64,000 bases of DNA from positions 82,765 to 146,764 of the forward strand of contig JBFIML010000003.1 in assembly GCA_041611735.1 (NCBI GenBank), written 5' to 3'. The position numbers and the translations under genes are program-made. Below are positions 63,888 to 64,000 of this stretch, in pieces (the first letter of the stretch is position 1; each line of letters starts with the position of its first letter). The notes beneath the pieces are model-generated. The model was not told the DNA's origin, searched no databases, and saw only the letters and a program-made list of their open reading frames with translations. This DNA comes from Myxococcota bacterium (GTDB lineage: Bacteria; Myxococcota_A; UBA9160; PR03).

Positions 63888-64000
63888 TCGCTCGGCTGCT
63901 GCTCGTACTCGTCGAGGTGAGGCCGGCGCATGCTCCACCAGTAGCGCAGGCTCGAGCCGGGCCAGAGCGCAAAGACGCGGCCCTTGTCGTCCTGGTACCA
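63884..64000 (-). CDS. C-terminus of a flavin-dependent (Baeyer-Villiger-type) monooxygenase (enters from the right edge)
   Basis: WYQDDKGRVFALWPGSSLRYWWSMRRPHLDEY resembles BVMO C-termini; stop overlaps the GST stop (CTAG). Confidence 0.6.
   Translation of the reverse strand, partial: WYQDDKGRVFALWPGSSLRYWWSMRRPHLDEYEQQPSD

Overview
A very GC-rich, densely coding bacterial region with about 57 genes. No rRNA, tRNA, CRISPR array or transposase was seen. Most of the window is lipid, steroid and aromatic acyl-CoA catabolism: four acyl-CoA dehydrogenases, a MaoC hydratase pair, two class III CoA-transferases, two thiolase-fold proteins with DUF35 partners, four crotonases, SDRs, a carboxyltransferase, a CoA ligase, two P450s (one internally deleted), three LLM and one PPOX F420-type oxidoreductases, and a steroid 5-alpha-reductase-like protein. 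It also holds the start of sucA, a DevBCA-type exporter whose ATPase is fused to a GAF domain, a methanethiol oxidase (mtoX)-SCO pair, a GT-C/SGNH/TPR envelope cluster and a large secreted beta-propeller/di-heme protein. Three non-coding patterns stand out. (1) A family of 90-91 bp inverted-repeat elements (GGGGACGTTCTYGAC...GTCRAGAACGTCCCC; six units at five loci) sits on gene boundaries and supplies stop codons, start codons and terminal peptides to neighbouring genes. (2) A palindrome, CGATACG-N3-CGTATCG, recurs three times, each time overlapping a predicted -10 box of a catabolic operon. (3) Extended -10 promoters recur, several implying leaderless mRNAs. The gene content suggests a diderm steroid/lipid degrader, possibly Myxococcota-like; that is inference only. 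All product calls come from motif recognition by eye, not database searches.
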